NCBI GenBank assembly: GCA_043228905.1
Contig: JBHGNT010000010.1
Location: forward strand, 18,910,001-18,974,000
Direction: 5' to 3'
Length of the DNA: 64,000 nucleotides
Source: Azolla caroliniana
Taxonomy: Eukaryota; Plantae; Polypodiophyta
Shown: positions 49,173 through 62,640 of the stretch, piece by piece
Layout of the letters: each line of letters begins with the position of its first letter
How positions within the stretch are numbered: the stretch's first letter is position 1
The notes under the pieces: generated by a model
The model's input: only the letters and a program-made list of their open reading frames with translations
Told to the model about the DNA's origin: nothing
Database searches by the model: none
Translations under genes and position numbers: made by a program

Positions 49173-51639
49173 CACACACTTTGATACATGTGCTGCATCA
49201 TTTGACCACATTCGAGTTCGCACTTGCCATACGTTGTCAGTCCAATCCACACTCCCTAGACACAATCCTCTCGCGATCGCAATGCACGCTCTCCATTGCA
49301 ACGTTTTTATTAATAAACTCCTTGAATGTCAAGAGCCACAGCAATTCCACGCATAGTATGTAAATTTGATTCACTTTTGGTCCCATAGGTCTCGTATTTG
49401 ACTTCCGCACTCTTTGTCTCTCGTATTTCTTCGGAAAAATATGGGTGATTAGCATTGTACTTTAGATTTACGAGAAACATCACCCAATTTTGAAGGATGT
49501 ACTATAAAAGAGTGGCAAAAAAGTGGCTCGTCTTACAAAAACTTGAAAACAATAACTTTAAGGTCGATCCATAAAAGGAAACCACTAGTGGTAGTAGAGG
49601 GTTGGGCATAGTGTCAAGAATCACCGAAAATGCAACAAGAATCAATGCTCAATCAATCAATGTTTTATTCGCATAAACTATGATAATACAAAAAAACTCC
49701 ATTTTTCATAAAAGTAATGTATATACAAACAATATGAGAATTAGCAAGCCCTTGTCACCCGAACTATAACAGTGAGGATATATTGGAAATTCCACTATGA
49801 GGATGGCAAAACTACTATCTCAAAACTCTTGGATTAAATTCTTGAGTTTCTACATCATATACTTAAACACATATTTGTTGGAGTCATGAGGACATGAGAA
49901 CCTTACCTTGTAGAAGGTTACTTACTACATTGTCTCCACTCAGGCAATTGCCACTTGACCAATCTCAAACTTTATGGTTGGGAAAGCATTGAATTCAGAA
50001 TTGTATATCCCTCCATTGAACAACTAACAACCACCGCCAAAGGTAGTGTGCCTACCATTTCCCACCAAAGACACAATTTCACATGAAATGAAATATCAGA
50101 CTACCATCATATGGTCAAAACTTGACGGATACAACATATACATTGGATAATGTGCCATGTACCCAAAACCTTCAGCATTAACCAAGCTCCGCCTTCAATC
50201 AAGTTGTGATAAACATAATTAATGTGTATCATGATTATCGGTTTTTTGCTATTTAATTATCAAAATTTCCATGATTATTCTACCACCATTTTTGAAATTG
50301 GGGCTAAAGGAATTTACCATGACAATAATGATCACCAAGTATAACCATATATGTGAACAATGAGATATATGAAACATGGTTTGCATAATGCTTAAAACCA
50401 TAATATACCTAAGTGCCTCTAAAATAGCATTTTTTTATCCAAGGTTTGTCATACCATTGAATTCAAACTTGAGACTTTCTTGTCCATTACAATCTAGGAG
50501 TCGGGAGTATATGAGAACCTTATATTGTAGAAAATTATTATATTTCTCCATGTTACTAGTTGCCACTTGACCAATCTCAAATTGTGGGTAAAAGAGAAAT
50601 TAGTGCTGAACCAAATAGGTTATGAGCATTTAAATGCCCACGCACATCGGTAACATGTTGTGGGGTACACACATGACTCTTTGAAACCATATATATGTCT
50701 AGGCTTGAGTATTTAAACAAGCTAATCAATCAAGCGATAGAGTGATTGTTTTGTCCATTGTAACAATAGCAAAAGAATAAGAAAGCATGGGAATCATCAT
50801 TAGATGTATCACTTCAAGTCTAGAAGTAAACAAGAAGTAAACAACTAGGCCTGAGACTTTCAATTTACATATTTAGCTAGGATTTTACTAAATATCTCCA
50901 ACACCAACTCGTTGAGAAGGTGAGAGATCAACACCAAAAAGGTAACCCAACTAATGGTTGACACACCATAGAAGGTCATAGGTTTACTGTCATGGTACAC
51001 TTTAAAGCCTTAACCATTAAGCACAATCCTAAATGGTATATAGAAAAAATTATGGGCAAATCATACCCATGAAAATCATGATGATACATGATATATAGAG
51101 ATGGCATTCTATTATTAGAACCATTCCGGTTGAATGCTAGTCTTCAATACATGTTTGCAAAGTGTATCCTTCTTGTTCATAATACAATTTCATTTCCTTT
51201 TCTTTTTAATCCCCTTTCTTATTGAAACAACTCTATGTCTTCCACCTTTGACAATTTGTGCCAAAATCCCCTTTTATCTTTTTTTTATTGAGAACTTTAG
51301 TAAGATCATTTTCATAGCCATGGAGTCTATACAAACATGACTAATTGTGCATTTTGTTAGAGCTTGAGTGCGTTACAACAAAATTCGTGACACTAGAATG
51401 ATAGAATCAACAATAAAAAAGTCGAGTATTAAGAAGAAACTAAATTGTGCTCATATTTGCAGTTTTGGCAACTCTTTTCTTAGCTAACAAATGATGGAGG
51501 CCTCACTACTAGTAAACTTCAAGAGTTTCAAATATTTTTTATAAGATAAAGGGCACTACATTTCTAAAGCATCAAACTTATAATCTCCCATCGATTTATC
51601 ACCAAACAAAGATTTGTCACGAGGGCAAATTGAATGTAT

Positions 51640-52710
51640 AATGTATTGTCATTAGTTTCAAGGTTCTTCCTAACTATATTGATGATAGCTTGTCGAGTGG
51701 ATTTAGCTAAAATCATAGAAGCTTTGTTGGTGGACCCATCTTCTTTCCCATAAAGAAATATGTTTCTCTTTATGTAGTCGTGGATCATCGAAGACTCAAC
51801 AAGGTCACAATTTGTAACAAATATGCTTTATCATTCATCTCGATCCTTTTAGATGTCTTAGTGGAGTGAAATAATTCCAGAATCTCGATGTTCATGGTGA
51901 ATATAATTTTATGAGGATTTGCCCATAAATGAATGAAATATTACATTTTACACTCAATATGGACATTTCTAGTGCACAATTATGTCTTTTTGTCTCGTGA
52001 ATACACCAATACTTTTTCAACATATGGCAAAAGACATTTTATGAGACTTCGTAAATATATCCACCATAGTTTATTTAGAAGACATCTTATTCTATTCAAA
52101 GCATGATATCCATGTTTGTCAAGTTCTCTAATGATTGCGAGAATATAGTCTTTATGGTAAATTATAAAAGTGCAATTTTGGTTGCAACCAAGTGGAGTTT
52201 CTTGGTCATGTGTTGCTAGAGGGTATATCTACGAACCCAATGAAGAGTGAAATGGTTCAATATTGGCGAATACCGTGTTTTATGTGTTATGCAACGATTC
52301 TTGGGATTGTCAGATTTCTATTACAAGTTCATCAATAAGTGTTCAAAGTTCGTATTATCTCTTACATTATTGACATAGGTGCAATTCTTGAAATCTTGAA
52401 GTGGATTGTGACTTATGCTTCCATTCTCGTTCATTTTGGCTAAAGCAAGCTTATCGTAATCAAAATTGATGCTTTAGATTTTGCACTTAGGAGTGTCTTG
52501 TTGCAAAACATAAGTGATGGGAAACCACAACCAAATGTTATTCATTCATGGAAGTTTGAAGTTGCAAAACTCAATTGTGAGATTCATGATAAAGAACTTA
52601 TGGACAATGTGGATATTTATAATAATGGTGTCATCTACTCGAGGGGTATCCCCGCCATATTGTTGTTTACAATGATACCATCATTGTATACAATAATCAC
52701 AAAGAAAGAA
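51640..52710 (+). mobile_element. Decayed Ty3/gypsy pol (reverse transcriptase + RNase H)
   Basis: Frameshifted blocks in canonical order: YIDDSLSSGF..GGPIFF.IKK..SL..VVDHRRLNKVTICNKY; IVYLEDILFYSK (YLDD-derived); KCNFGCNQVEFLGHV; IDALDFALRSVLLQ; LNCEIHDKELM; IIVYNNHK. Confidence 0.88.
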
Positions 52711-55526
52711 AGACAATCAACAAAAGAAACATTGTTAGATAGATTCTAATGTAAGCATGAAAATAAGGAAATAGATAAGAAAATAAAGATATAAAGAGAG
52801 AAAGAAGGGTGTCCCTAAGCAAATAAGCCTTGAATAAGTCCTACACCACTAGTATGAGCTTTAGTCATACCTAATATTGGTGTGCACTTACCATAAGAGT
52901 ATGTTCACCACAAGAGTATGACATGAGAAACATAGAGAACAAACATGTGGGCTATTGAGTGTAAGATCAATAAGTGATGTAGCCCATATAGAAGTAGGTA
53001 ATGACTACCCGTTCAAGGGACTAAAGTTGTGTATTGTAGGTCATTTTAACTAATAGAGTATATTCTTATTTGGAAAAAAAGAGAGTATGTTCACCACAAG
53101 ATCACAGTCTTGACGTAGTCGAAAGATCCCCGAATTACGTTAGTTAGGCCTTATATTTATAGCTACACCTAAGGCCCCCATGCATGTTCACACTTGACCC
53201 TTAAGGGTTATTGCAATCCCTAGGATTAAAAGTAATCCTCCCTTCTTTGCATTCTCGATTAACCTCTCACTCTTATCCTCGTGTGTAGAGAACTATGGTA
53301 CAATGTGCCATGTGATAAGTTATGGTTATTGTTATGGTTATGCTTGTAATACCTTCCCTCAAAAAGGGATGGCCCAAGTCGATGTTAGATGAGCTACTAC
53401 ATCATCTACACAACAAAGATGATGCAACTTGAGAGCTTTGATCTTAGACCAAAGAAATTGATATTTTGTCAGAACAACTTGTAAAGGGAATATGTGGTAA
53501 CGACATTTTAGCCAAGATTGTGCCTGTCTTAAGAGATTGCATAGGTTCTTGCAATAGTTTGCTAGCACGAATATAAATGTTGAGCACTGAAATCACAAAG
53601 GCTCATGAATAACGAATTGGCACCAACATGTTTATAGATAGATTGGCCACACTTGTTTTTAATTTCGCTAGTACCTCCACTAGTCAAGAAGAACCTCAAG
53701 TATGATCCCAAATGCATGGATTGCCACCAATCAACCTGAACCCAACTACTGAACACATGGAGTCGACACCAACAATGACCAACTCTCCAAATCCAGAGCT
53801 AGTTGTTGCACTCCAATCCATCGAACATTTCTAACTTTAGTAGAAAGGGAGTGGAGACTCACACTCTCTCCTGGCTTCAACCTCTCCAACTTTGTGGAGG
53901 CGACTTAAAATGTCGAAGGTGAGATCTAAAGTCAATAATGCGTGTTGGCAAACGCGTGTTCGTGATACTCCTAACAATTTGTGTCTCATTTTCCCTACTT
54001 CTTTTGCATGTATGTCCATCGAAGAAATTGATGGGTTGTAGTGGGTCAACACATCAATTTTGCTATGCAAATTTTGTTGGAGGTATCATCCAGAGATGGT
54101 CAATCTCCATGTGTGGGAGCATATCTCTTCACAAATTACGTCACACATATGAATCAAGGCTATATAACTTTAGTAATCATACCTCAATGAAAATAAGTAG
54201 TTGGGGAAACTAGTGTTTTGTGTCTAACCAAGGTGGATATTCATGTAAGTACTAAAATTATTCTACAAGTGTTAGTTTTTTAATACATTAGTTAGCTAGT
54301 TAATTAGAAAGCCTAGGGTTGGATAAGAAATCATCGCCTCATATTTTAAGTTGACCATGCACCTCTAGGTGCTAACATGAATGTGATAGAATCAAAGTAC
54401 TGTAAGAGAATGATATGGGAATTTGAATGATGAAATGCATTAAGTGTGCAGTCCCATCTACTTTGTCACAATACTTGTAATTGTACCTTTTTCATAATCC
54501 TTAATCTTATAGAAGTTACAAGCAAGAAACTACTACAATAGTGGGAAGGGATTTATAATCTTACGTTATCTATCTTCATATTATTCAATGCTCTAAAGGA
54601 CCGTTGAGCCATACTCTTGATTTGTAGCATTCTTTTCTCCTCTCGTTGTTAAGTGTTAGTTGATATATCTTTCCAAATATTAGGTGTCTATCTAGTGTGA
54701 AATTATTTTGGTCTTACATTGTGATCCATTCTTATTTTCCATCTCCTATTCAAATATCATTATCTTATCTAATTTATTCTTTATAAGTTGAATCTTAGCA
54801 TCATGCTACTTAATATAGTTGTTTGACTTGAGCACCCATCAATTTTGGGTATCATAATAGTAATCGTAGATCCTTATTGACTGTCTCGTTCATACCCACA
54901 TGTCAGACATCACCCATCAATTATTGATAGAATTAGTCCTTTCATTTCTCAAAATTCCTCCTACTGACTGTTATCACCTTCATAAAGACACATTCCAAAA
55001 ACCACTTCATGTTTTTTTCGTATTTGGTACAATAGACACAATTTTCCTTTAGGGATGCCACTACATTTGTATGCATATCTATATTGTGAACAAGTGTATA
55101 ATTTTCAAGAGTCATTTTTATGTCATTTCTCATGATTAGTGACCGAGGAAGTGCGCTCACGATAGTCAGACTACAATAACATTTTGTTCTTTTGCATGCA
55201 AAGTAATTGAATGGTTTTAGTTGGCATGGAGGTTCTCCATTTGCTATTCCACAATTCTGGATCATCTCCTTGTTATCTAATGCATCGTAACAAAAATAAC
55301 AATACAAACTTTCATGCCATTACTACATGCCACAAAAAAAGGATTAAATATTTCCAGTAAATGTGTGACATGATATCTATTATCGTTTTCATACACGATG
55401 CAACTGCACTCAATCTATAATGAATGCACAACATGCATTTTGTGAAATTAATCACATTTCTTATTTGACATGTCATGCAGTATGCATTCATAGTTGTTTA
55501 CATTGTATCATTGGTTTTACAAAATA

Positions 55527-56908
55527 GAATACATTGGAAGAGGAAGAAGTAACAACCTCTGAAATTGCGTGGACAGGTCTTATAGATGCTGAAAACTGTT
55601 TAATTGGCATTAAGGGAATGAAAGTAGAATCAAACGAGGTATGCTACTACAAACTAGAGCACGGAAGGGCAAGAGATGAGCAACCAGTCTTTCAAAGAGA
55701 AAAGCCGATTAGGCTGATCGTAAAAACTGGTAAGAATATGATTATTGACCCTAAGCCAAGGGAGATCACACCGGCGACAGTGTGTTGGCCTATAGAAGGG
55801 CATTTGGATCAGTTATCATGGGACCCAGCCAGGTATTTTTGGAGAACTCAAGGACAAACTGATGGGGAAAAGCTGGTTCAATTTTTCAGGTATAACACGA
55901 AGATTGGGAGGCAAATTCTTCTAGAACAAAAACATGACAAGGTTGCGGCAAGGAAATTTTGGATGCAGGAGGGCATAAGTGAAAGGAGACTAGATAAATT
56001 CTGGAAAATGATATGGCATGACAAATATGACCGCAAGATAATGATGTGTTTATGGCTTATTGCACATAGAGCCTTGCCGGTAGGGATGTGGGGTAAAGGC
56101 CCCAATGTAGACCCTCGATGTACTGCATGTGGACAGATAGAAAGCATCTCCCATTGTCTATGGGAATGTCGTGATGCAATGGCTGTATGGGGAAGGGCAC
56201 TTTGTTTGCTTTGCCATGCCTCTAGTTCGTTCACCCTCAATTGGGGACATGCTTGTTGGATGTCTCTTGACGTTGATGTGGCGACATACGATAGCACATG
56301 CAATGCTAAGTACAGAGGGGAGAATGGCATTGTTCGGCTGATCCCTGACAACGGGGTACCTACAACTTGTGTACAGAATCAAAAACTTGAAGATCTTTGG
56401 ATGTTGCTTGCCCCCATCACTATATGGCATATATGGACAGCAAGGTGTACCAGGGTATTTTCCGCACACAAACGCCCTCCAGCTGAATCGATTAAGCTAA
56501 TTTGGCACACACTCATAACTACACTAAGAGCTCAATATGAGCGGATTAATGGTACTAATGATGCTGCAGACCTAATGAGGCTGAATTTTCGAAAAAGGTG
56601 GTGTACGATACCGATGGCCGCAGCAAATGGAATGGATATACTATGGAAGTATGATGTACCCAGATGGTTGTTTCCCCCTCCCATTAGTTGAACGAGGGGC
56701 GTGAAAGACATGGCAAGTGGGATAGTGAAGGTAGGTGATGTATCTGTAAGGATGGCTTGAGTCATATGTAAAAGTGTAAGATAAATAAGTGAGATCTCTC
56801 GTATGTAGGCTAGGATAATCTTGGCACGGCCTACCTGAGAAAGGGATCGTGTTCATGTATATTTTAACTAATGGAGCATATTCTTTTTTGGAAAAATAAA
56901 AAAATAAA
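55527..56908 (+). mobile_element. 5'-truncated L1-like LINE, 3' part of ORF2 (zf-RVT) intact at 55534-56691, with A-rich tail
   Basis: 385 open codons without an initiating ATG. zf-RVT FWKMIW...RKIMMCLWLIAHRALPV...CTACGQIESISHCLWEC and TIWHIWTARC..VF. Tail aaaaataaaaaaataaaaaaa at ~56892-56912; possible TSD AAAATA (55521-55526 and 56909-56914). Confidence 0.88.
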
Positions 56909-58623
56909 AAAATATCTTACTTTTGTTCTATATTTAAATATAAGTTACTATATTCTCATGTAATTCTCTTATGTGCATCACCTGACATCATATGATTAAG
57001 ATTCGTAGCTTGCCTTTATTGTCCTTTTTGAAATCTAAACTTTTGTGGGAAAAATGGAAAATATTGTGCTTCAATCTAAAATGTCTTTACATTTTTTTGT
57101 TCTTGAGGTTAGTTATGGAGTAGGATTCCATCATTTTCTTGGGTTTTATGCCTCTAAGAATTTTTCTTAGAACTCACAAAACTCGGAGTCTTTGTTTGTC
57201 ATTTGATTCAGTAAACATTAATTGATTCTAAAGTAGGGAAACATATGGTCTCATTCTAAACATTTATATTCTCAACGATCCGCTTTATCATTTTTATTAA
57301 TTCAATAAAATTATTGTATTATTTTGGATTTTGAAGGTCCCATTGAAACAACCATCATTATTATCTGTAAACATGATTTCCTCTTCACATATAAGCACAT
57401 ATGACCAATAAAAGTTGGATACTTCGGCTTGTGTGATAGGTGTTTAGAGCATCTATCCGCCATATCCTGTCACAACCAATTGTTGCTTGCTTTGTATATT
57501 TCCGAGGTTTTGTGTAGTCAGTCGACCAATTTTTTATAGAACAACTAGCCAAGTCCCCTAAAGACTTGCTGATTAAAAGAGGTAGCATAATATTTTTGTC
57601 ATTTTTTCCAACTTTAACCCAAGCTTCATTAATTTTTCAAGGAACTTTACCAAATTAAATAAAAACCTAACTTATAAACTCATCCTTAAATAGATCAAGA
57701 AACGTAACACGAACAAGTAATCACACACAAAAAAAATTCCATTCATTAATTGGATTTATACATTTCAATAAATTTATGCATGAAGTAATAAGATTGGCTA
57801 GGTAGGCCAACTGTTAATTGATGGCATGGATGCAAATTGCAATAACTTAGAAGAGTTGGATGCAAGTGAAACTCTTCCCTCTTTAAGTAATATAGATCCT
57901 AAAAATCCATCTTATTGCCCAAACAATTATTTAAAATACTTGTGTGTCAATAGAAGAACCACTTTGTCAACACATCATAACTGAGTCTAAAGAAGAAGAC
58001 AAAGAAGAAGAGCAAGCGAGTCAAAACACTCTTCACCCTCCTATATTTGGATGTGAAATGCCTTCAAATATCTAGTGATGCCATGGATATTGCAAAATAT
58101 AAAACAAAACAAAAATATTTAAACTAAAAAAACATCAACACTTAGCTCCTTCATGTCCTCTATAGGAAAGGTTGGAAGGTTATGTTTAAGTTTGTCGTTG
58201 CAAAGGATTCCTTTGTGTTCGGTTCTTTTATCCTTTTACTCTTGGCCTTCTTAGTATGAGATGAACCACAAAGACTAGACAAACAATTACAAAAAGTTAT
58301 TATTGTCTTCTTTTTTCTACCTTAGAAACGAGGGTTCTTAAAGAGATTGACTTCCAAAATACAACTCATCCCCGCATATAATAGACCTTGGATTCCATCA
58401 ACCCCCCTTCATGTCTGAAAACTAAATCTTACTGACCTCTAGAGTGCATATTTCTCCTCTATAATATTGGTTGCATCCAAGATTCTCTATTTAAATGTAT
58501 AAATGTCTCAATGCTTATGATGAATTGAGAAAAATAAAGAGATTTAAAGGCTCTACCTTAACTTTGGTCACGTAGGAATATTATTAATGGGTCTCTCTCC
58601 CTCTCCTCTTTTTTTTTCATAAT

Positions 58624-58692
58624 TAGCTTACCTTAGTGGTAAGTCGTTTTACACTATTAGCTCTACATCTTGGGTTCGAAACCCAATTTTTT
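58624..58692 (+). other. tRNA-like Pol III head (SINE or tRNA relic)
   Basis: A-box-like TACCTTAGTGG (58629-58639); perfect T-arm TTGGG-TTCGAAA-CCCAA (58670-58686) containing a B box; T6 run follows. No acceptor or anticodon stem. Confidence 0.5.
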
Positions 58693-58740
58693 CACTTCTC
58701 TATTACTCTATAAATATCTCTTATTTCACTAGATACCACC

Positions 58741-58810
58741 GTGGAATACAAGGGTTGAACCCATGACCACCTGGTCTCCATTGGGCAACCTTACCAATTG
58801 AGCTACATCC
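58741..58810 (-). other. tRNA-like Pol III head (SINE or degenerate tRNA)
   Basis: GGATGTAGCTCAATTGGTAAGG...GGTCATGGGTTCAACCCTTGTATTCCAC has A box TAGCTCAATTGG and B box GGTTCAACCC at tRNA spacing; the stems are imperfect. Confidence 0.55.
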
Positions 58811-58828
58811 ATCTGTCCATTTGGCAAA

Positions 58829-58849
58829 ACACACACACACACACACACA

Positions 58850-58906
<57 letters not shown>
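58829..58906. repeat. (AC)n(TC)n compound microsatellite
   Basis: Directly visible. Confidence 0.97.
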
Positions 58907-58909
<3 letters not shown>

Positions 58910-58988
58910 AAAAGCACACAATTATATTAATTGTATGTAAAATCCACTTAGTTACAACACTTCTCAGTGTCCTCTACCTATCATATGC

Positions 58989-60640
58989 CTATGTAGGGAG
59001 AGGGACGTCCTGTAAGGCTATTAAAAAACTTGAATAAGCATTTGAGGAAACGATCCTCACATGCGCTAACATCAAAAAATTCCACATGAGAATACCTTTT
59101 AGCTTCTTTATATAGGCTTTCATCCCATGTCTATTATCAAACATGAAAGCATTACACATATTCCAATTGTGTTTAAGACCCCAATAACGTAAAAATTGGA
59201 ACAATATCTCCATCTCATCATTTGATTCATTTTGAACATATTGAGAAAAAACCCATTGTTGAGGTCTCAAACAACAACGGGTTTAAACTTGCCAAATGTC
59301 CGATAAGTACTTCCAAATGGTACACACTATAGGACATTTAATGAACCTATGTGTACTATCCTGCAATGGAACAATGCAAAAGAAACAAGTGTCCGACCCT
59401 AGTCCTCGTGTCTTTAAGGCCGAACCTAATGGGAGCCCACCAATCATGACTCTCCATATGAACACCTTTGCACGAAATGGTAGATGGGAATGCCAACTAT
59501 GTTGTAATATTTTCCACCACCTTGCATTTGACTTACATACATTCCACAACTTCGCTGCTTTAGGAGCCAAGATAATGATGTCATCGCATGTTGATACAAT
59601 ATATTTGTAGTGACCTGTAACAAGTGTGTACCATCTTGTAACCACCAATCCACCCAAGGTGCAAAATTTGTTTTCAATGGCAAAGATCCTTGCAACAATG
59701 GTATATCTTGTAATTTCTCCCAAATAAATCCATAATTTGGGGGAATACATAATCTGTAATATCTCTCTCTCTCTCTCTCTCTCTCCTCCATTTTTGGGTT
59801 GTAATGGATGGAATATATGAAGAAATGGTTTGGAAAATAACATCACATTTGCTTCATGAATGAGGCGTTTTTGTAATGTCAATGTATCATGGTGTTGGAA
59901 AGACATAGATGTACTTGTGTTCCATAAACTTACAAAACTAAATTTTATTTGGAAAGGGAAACTACACTTATTGATACATGCTAGAGACCACTGCTTTCTC
60001 TATCATATGCACCATTGCTTCCATACGAATTAGGTCACGTTCTCTTTGATATGAGATGACAATGTTGGGGCACAAGTAAAGAGATTCATCAACAATACAT
60101 ATTTTTCCTAGAACAAGTTCGAAAATCAAAGCATCATACTTACGTACAATGCATTACATACAACCACATTCGAGTTTTCTTTCCATCCATTGTCGATTCA
60201 ATCCAATCTTTTTACACATTTCTTTGACAGTCACAATATGCACTCATGATTACAACTTTTAGTTGTAATAATCTTGAACAACAAGAATCACAACTAAAGT
60301 CCACATATACTTTGTAAAAACATTTCACTTTTGACATCCCATATATCATATTTGATCAGTGAGGAAGATATAAAATCTATCTATTTGACTCCTAAACTTG
60401 AATTGTTAATAGAACCTACTCTAGGCCCCAATAGTAAAGGTAGTCAAACAGTACATGGGGAGGACAAATCTCTCCTCCACAAACAAAAATCACTAAAGGG
60501 ATGACAAAAATATCCTCATTAATGATGGCCAAGGTTATCACATAACAATGAAATTTAAACCACTAGGCATGCATGTAAGGAATATGTGTTTGACATCTTT
60601 TTCAATCACTACACAAAGAAAACATGTCCCCTATGAAACG
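58989..60640 (-). mobile_element. Decayed L1-like LINE (zf-RVT region clear at 59283-59560; upstream part eroded and probably continuing beyond the solo LTR)
   Basis: WHSHLPFRAKVFIWRVMIGGLPLG...DTCFFCIVPLQDSTHRFIKCPIVCTIW, then LRYWGLKHNWNMCNAFMFD. The right boundary is approximate. Confidence 0.75.
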
Positions 60641-60641
60641 T

Positions 60642-61190
60642 TGCCGTGAAGTTGGGGCTTCATGATATCGAAACAATGTTAAAAATTTTGAGAAGTAAAA
60701 TTTGCATATGGAGCTTGCGACGAGGAGCATGTATGATTTTTCGGTTCGTGAATCGGAGTTCGGAAGCCCAAAATACAACATTTGGAAGGATCAATGCTAC
60801 TTGGGACAAAAATGTAATTATATCAAAAGGGGGGATTTCGGAAAATAATAATATTGAACTTGTAATGATTTAATTTTAATTTATAATTAAAAAAATATAA
60901 CAAATAAATAAATAAACCCAACCGCCCATGCCTAAGGTGGTTCACAAACCGCCTCAAGGAGGGTGGTTGGGTGGTTGACCCCTTATAAAAGCCACTCTTG
61001 CGGTGGCTGAGAGGTAAAAGAAGCTGAGGAAGAAGAGAGGAAAGCGAGGAAAGAGAAAGCGAAGAGTTGAGGTGGTTTATTTGATAAGCTTTATTTTTAA
61101 GAGAGGAGCTAAGCATCACACCATCCGCACGATTATCCCCGAGTCACAGAACCCCGATGGATGCGACACACAACCACAATCTTTACGACA
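60642..61190. mobile_element. Solo LTR, 549 bp
   Basis: Starts TGCCGTGAAG and ends CTTTACGACA (reverse complement TGTCGTAAAG, 8/10 match). Flanked by ACGT on both sides, with internal TATA-like CTTATAAAAG at ~60982 and no ORF. Confidence 0.75.
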
Positions 61191-62640
61191 ACGTGCCATT
61201 GTTTTAAACCCATTTCTGAAGGCAATTCATCAACTGTTAAAGTATCATATTGACATGGAATGGAGCGAAGTTTCAATATAACACACAAAACTCTGCACTT
61301 GCACCGTCATCTGGCATATCAAGTTATGCAGATGGTAGCATTGGTATGCATTAAGATTATCAACCTTTTGATATTGAATAATCAATCAATACACAAGATA
61401 TTGGGAAAACATAATCCCCATCAATGGCTACTCCCTACTATTCAATGAATTGGAAAAAGTTGCAATGAGCTTTCATTATCTCCATTTATGAAACTTTAGA
61501 GGATTGGTGGCACTTTTGTTGTACATGGCAAATGCGACCAACATTTGTCCACGCCATTAGTTAGCCCCATCCCATGGACGGTATTTGTTTTTAAGTGGAT
61601 GTTAATAAGAACAGTCACATTGTATAGTCATGACTCATGACTCTCACATTTCAAGGTACAAAGACATTAGTCTCTTTTGAAAGTGTAGAGCTAGTAATAG
61701 ACCATATTTATACTGATCATCATCCCTAAATGAACAATTGTAGGGTTAGGCCATATTTTCATTGACTCATTGGCATAGGTTCAAAACAATTAAACCTAGG
61801 TATATTTTTATAGTATTTCACCAGGTAACCCTAGGATGCATTTGGTTAAGCTTTATTAACAAATGTCCAACATATCTCTATCTTTCTACTCTTTATCTTG
61901 AACTTTTGTGAGGCATTTATATATCAAATGTCTCTTTCCTATGTAAATAAGGGAATACAAAAATTTAATGATTCACAATCAATGCAAGAAGGTTTAGGGT
62001 ACTACACATTTAATGCAAGCATATTTATTTTGATATAAACCTTTAGAGAAACATGGAATGGAGTATGGAGTATGAATGTCGATATCTCCTTTGCCTTTAC
62101 ATATTACTATATCAAGCTTAGTTTCAAAAACCAATTTCAGAAACATACAAATTCTAAAACCAACTTCAAAAAAGCAGAATGAACTAGTAGATAAAGCCTT
62201 ATGTTGTCATAAGAAAGCAAATTTGTGCATGTGGCAATTTTTGGTTTTGGTGCCATGACACAAAACATAAATAACCATTGCTCAACACAAATCATATGCT
62301 TGGAACTTGTATCATAGCTTGCAACTTCTAATTATTTTCATGCAATGTGCATATATATGTAAAACATTAATTGTTATTTGTATATCACACAAGATGTCCC
62401 TATCCTTTTTCCAAAAGAGAACGACGTGACTAATTACCTTTTTTTAAGTTTGTTGTGCCGTTGCCATATCATCATACATTTGTAACATAGTTATAGACGA
62501 AGCAACTTATAGTATGTAGAACTACTTTCAAAGCATCTATTTGTCTACAAACCAATTTAAAGAGAAACAAGTAGAAATGTTTGCAAGGCTTGTCTTTTAG
62601 ATCTATTGTTGATGAAGAATAATAACTTATAAGGCATTAG

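Noticed and set aside
47521-49455. Cluster of ORFs upstream of ABCB
   Set aside because: Translations of GA, CTT, CATA and TA microsatellites.
49880-50590. ~90-bp degenerate direct repeats ~610 bp apart, considered as LTRs of a small element
   Set aside because: No TG/CA termini, PBS, PPT or TSD seen.
53340-55310. Several 60-120-aa ORFs
   Set aside because: No recognisable motifs; likely eroded transposon DNA.
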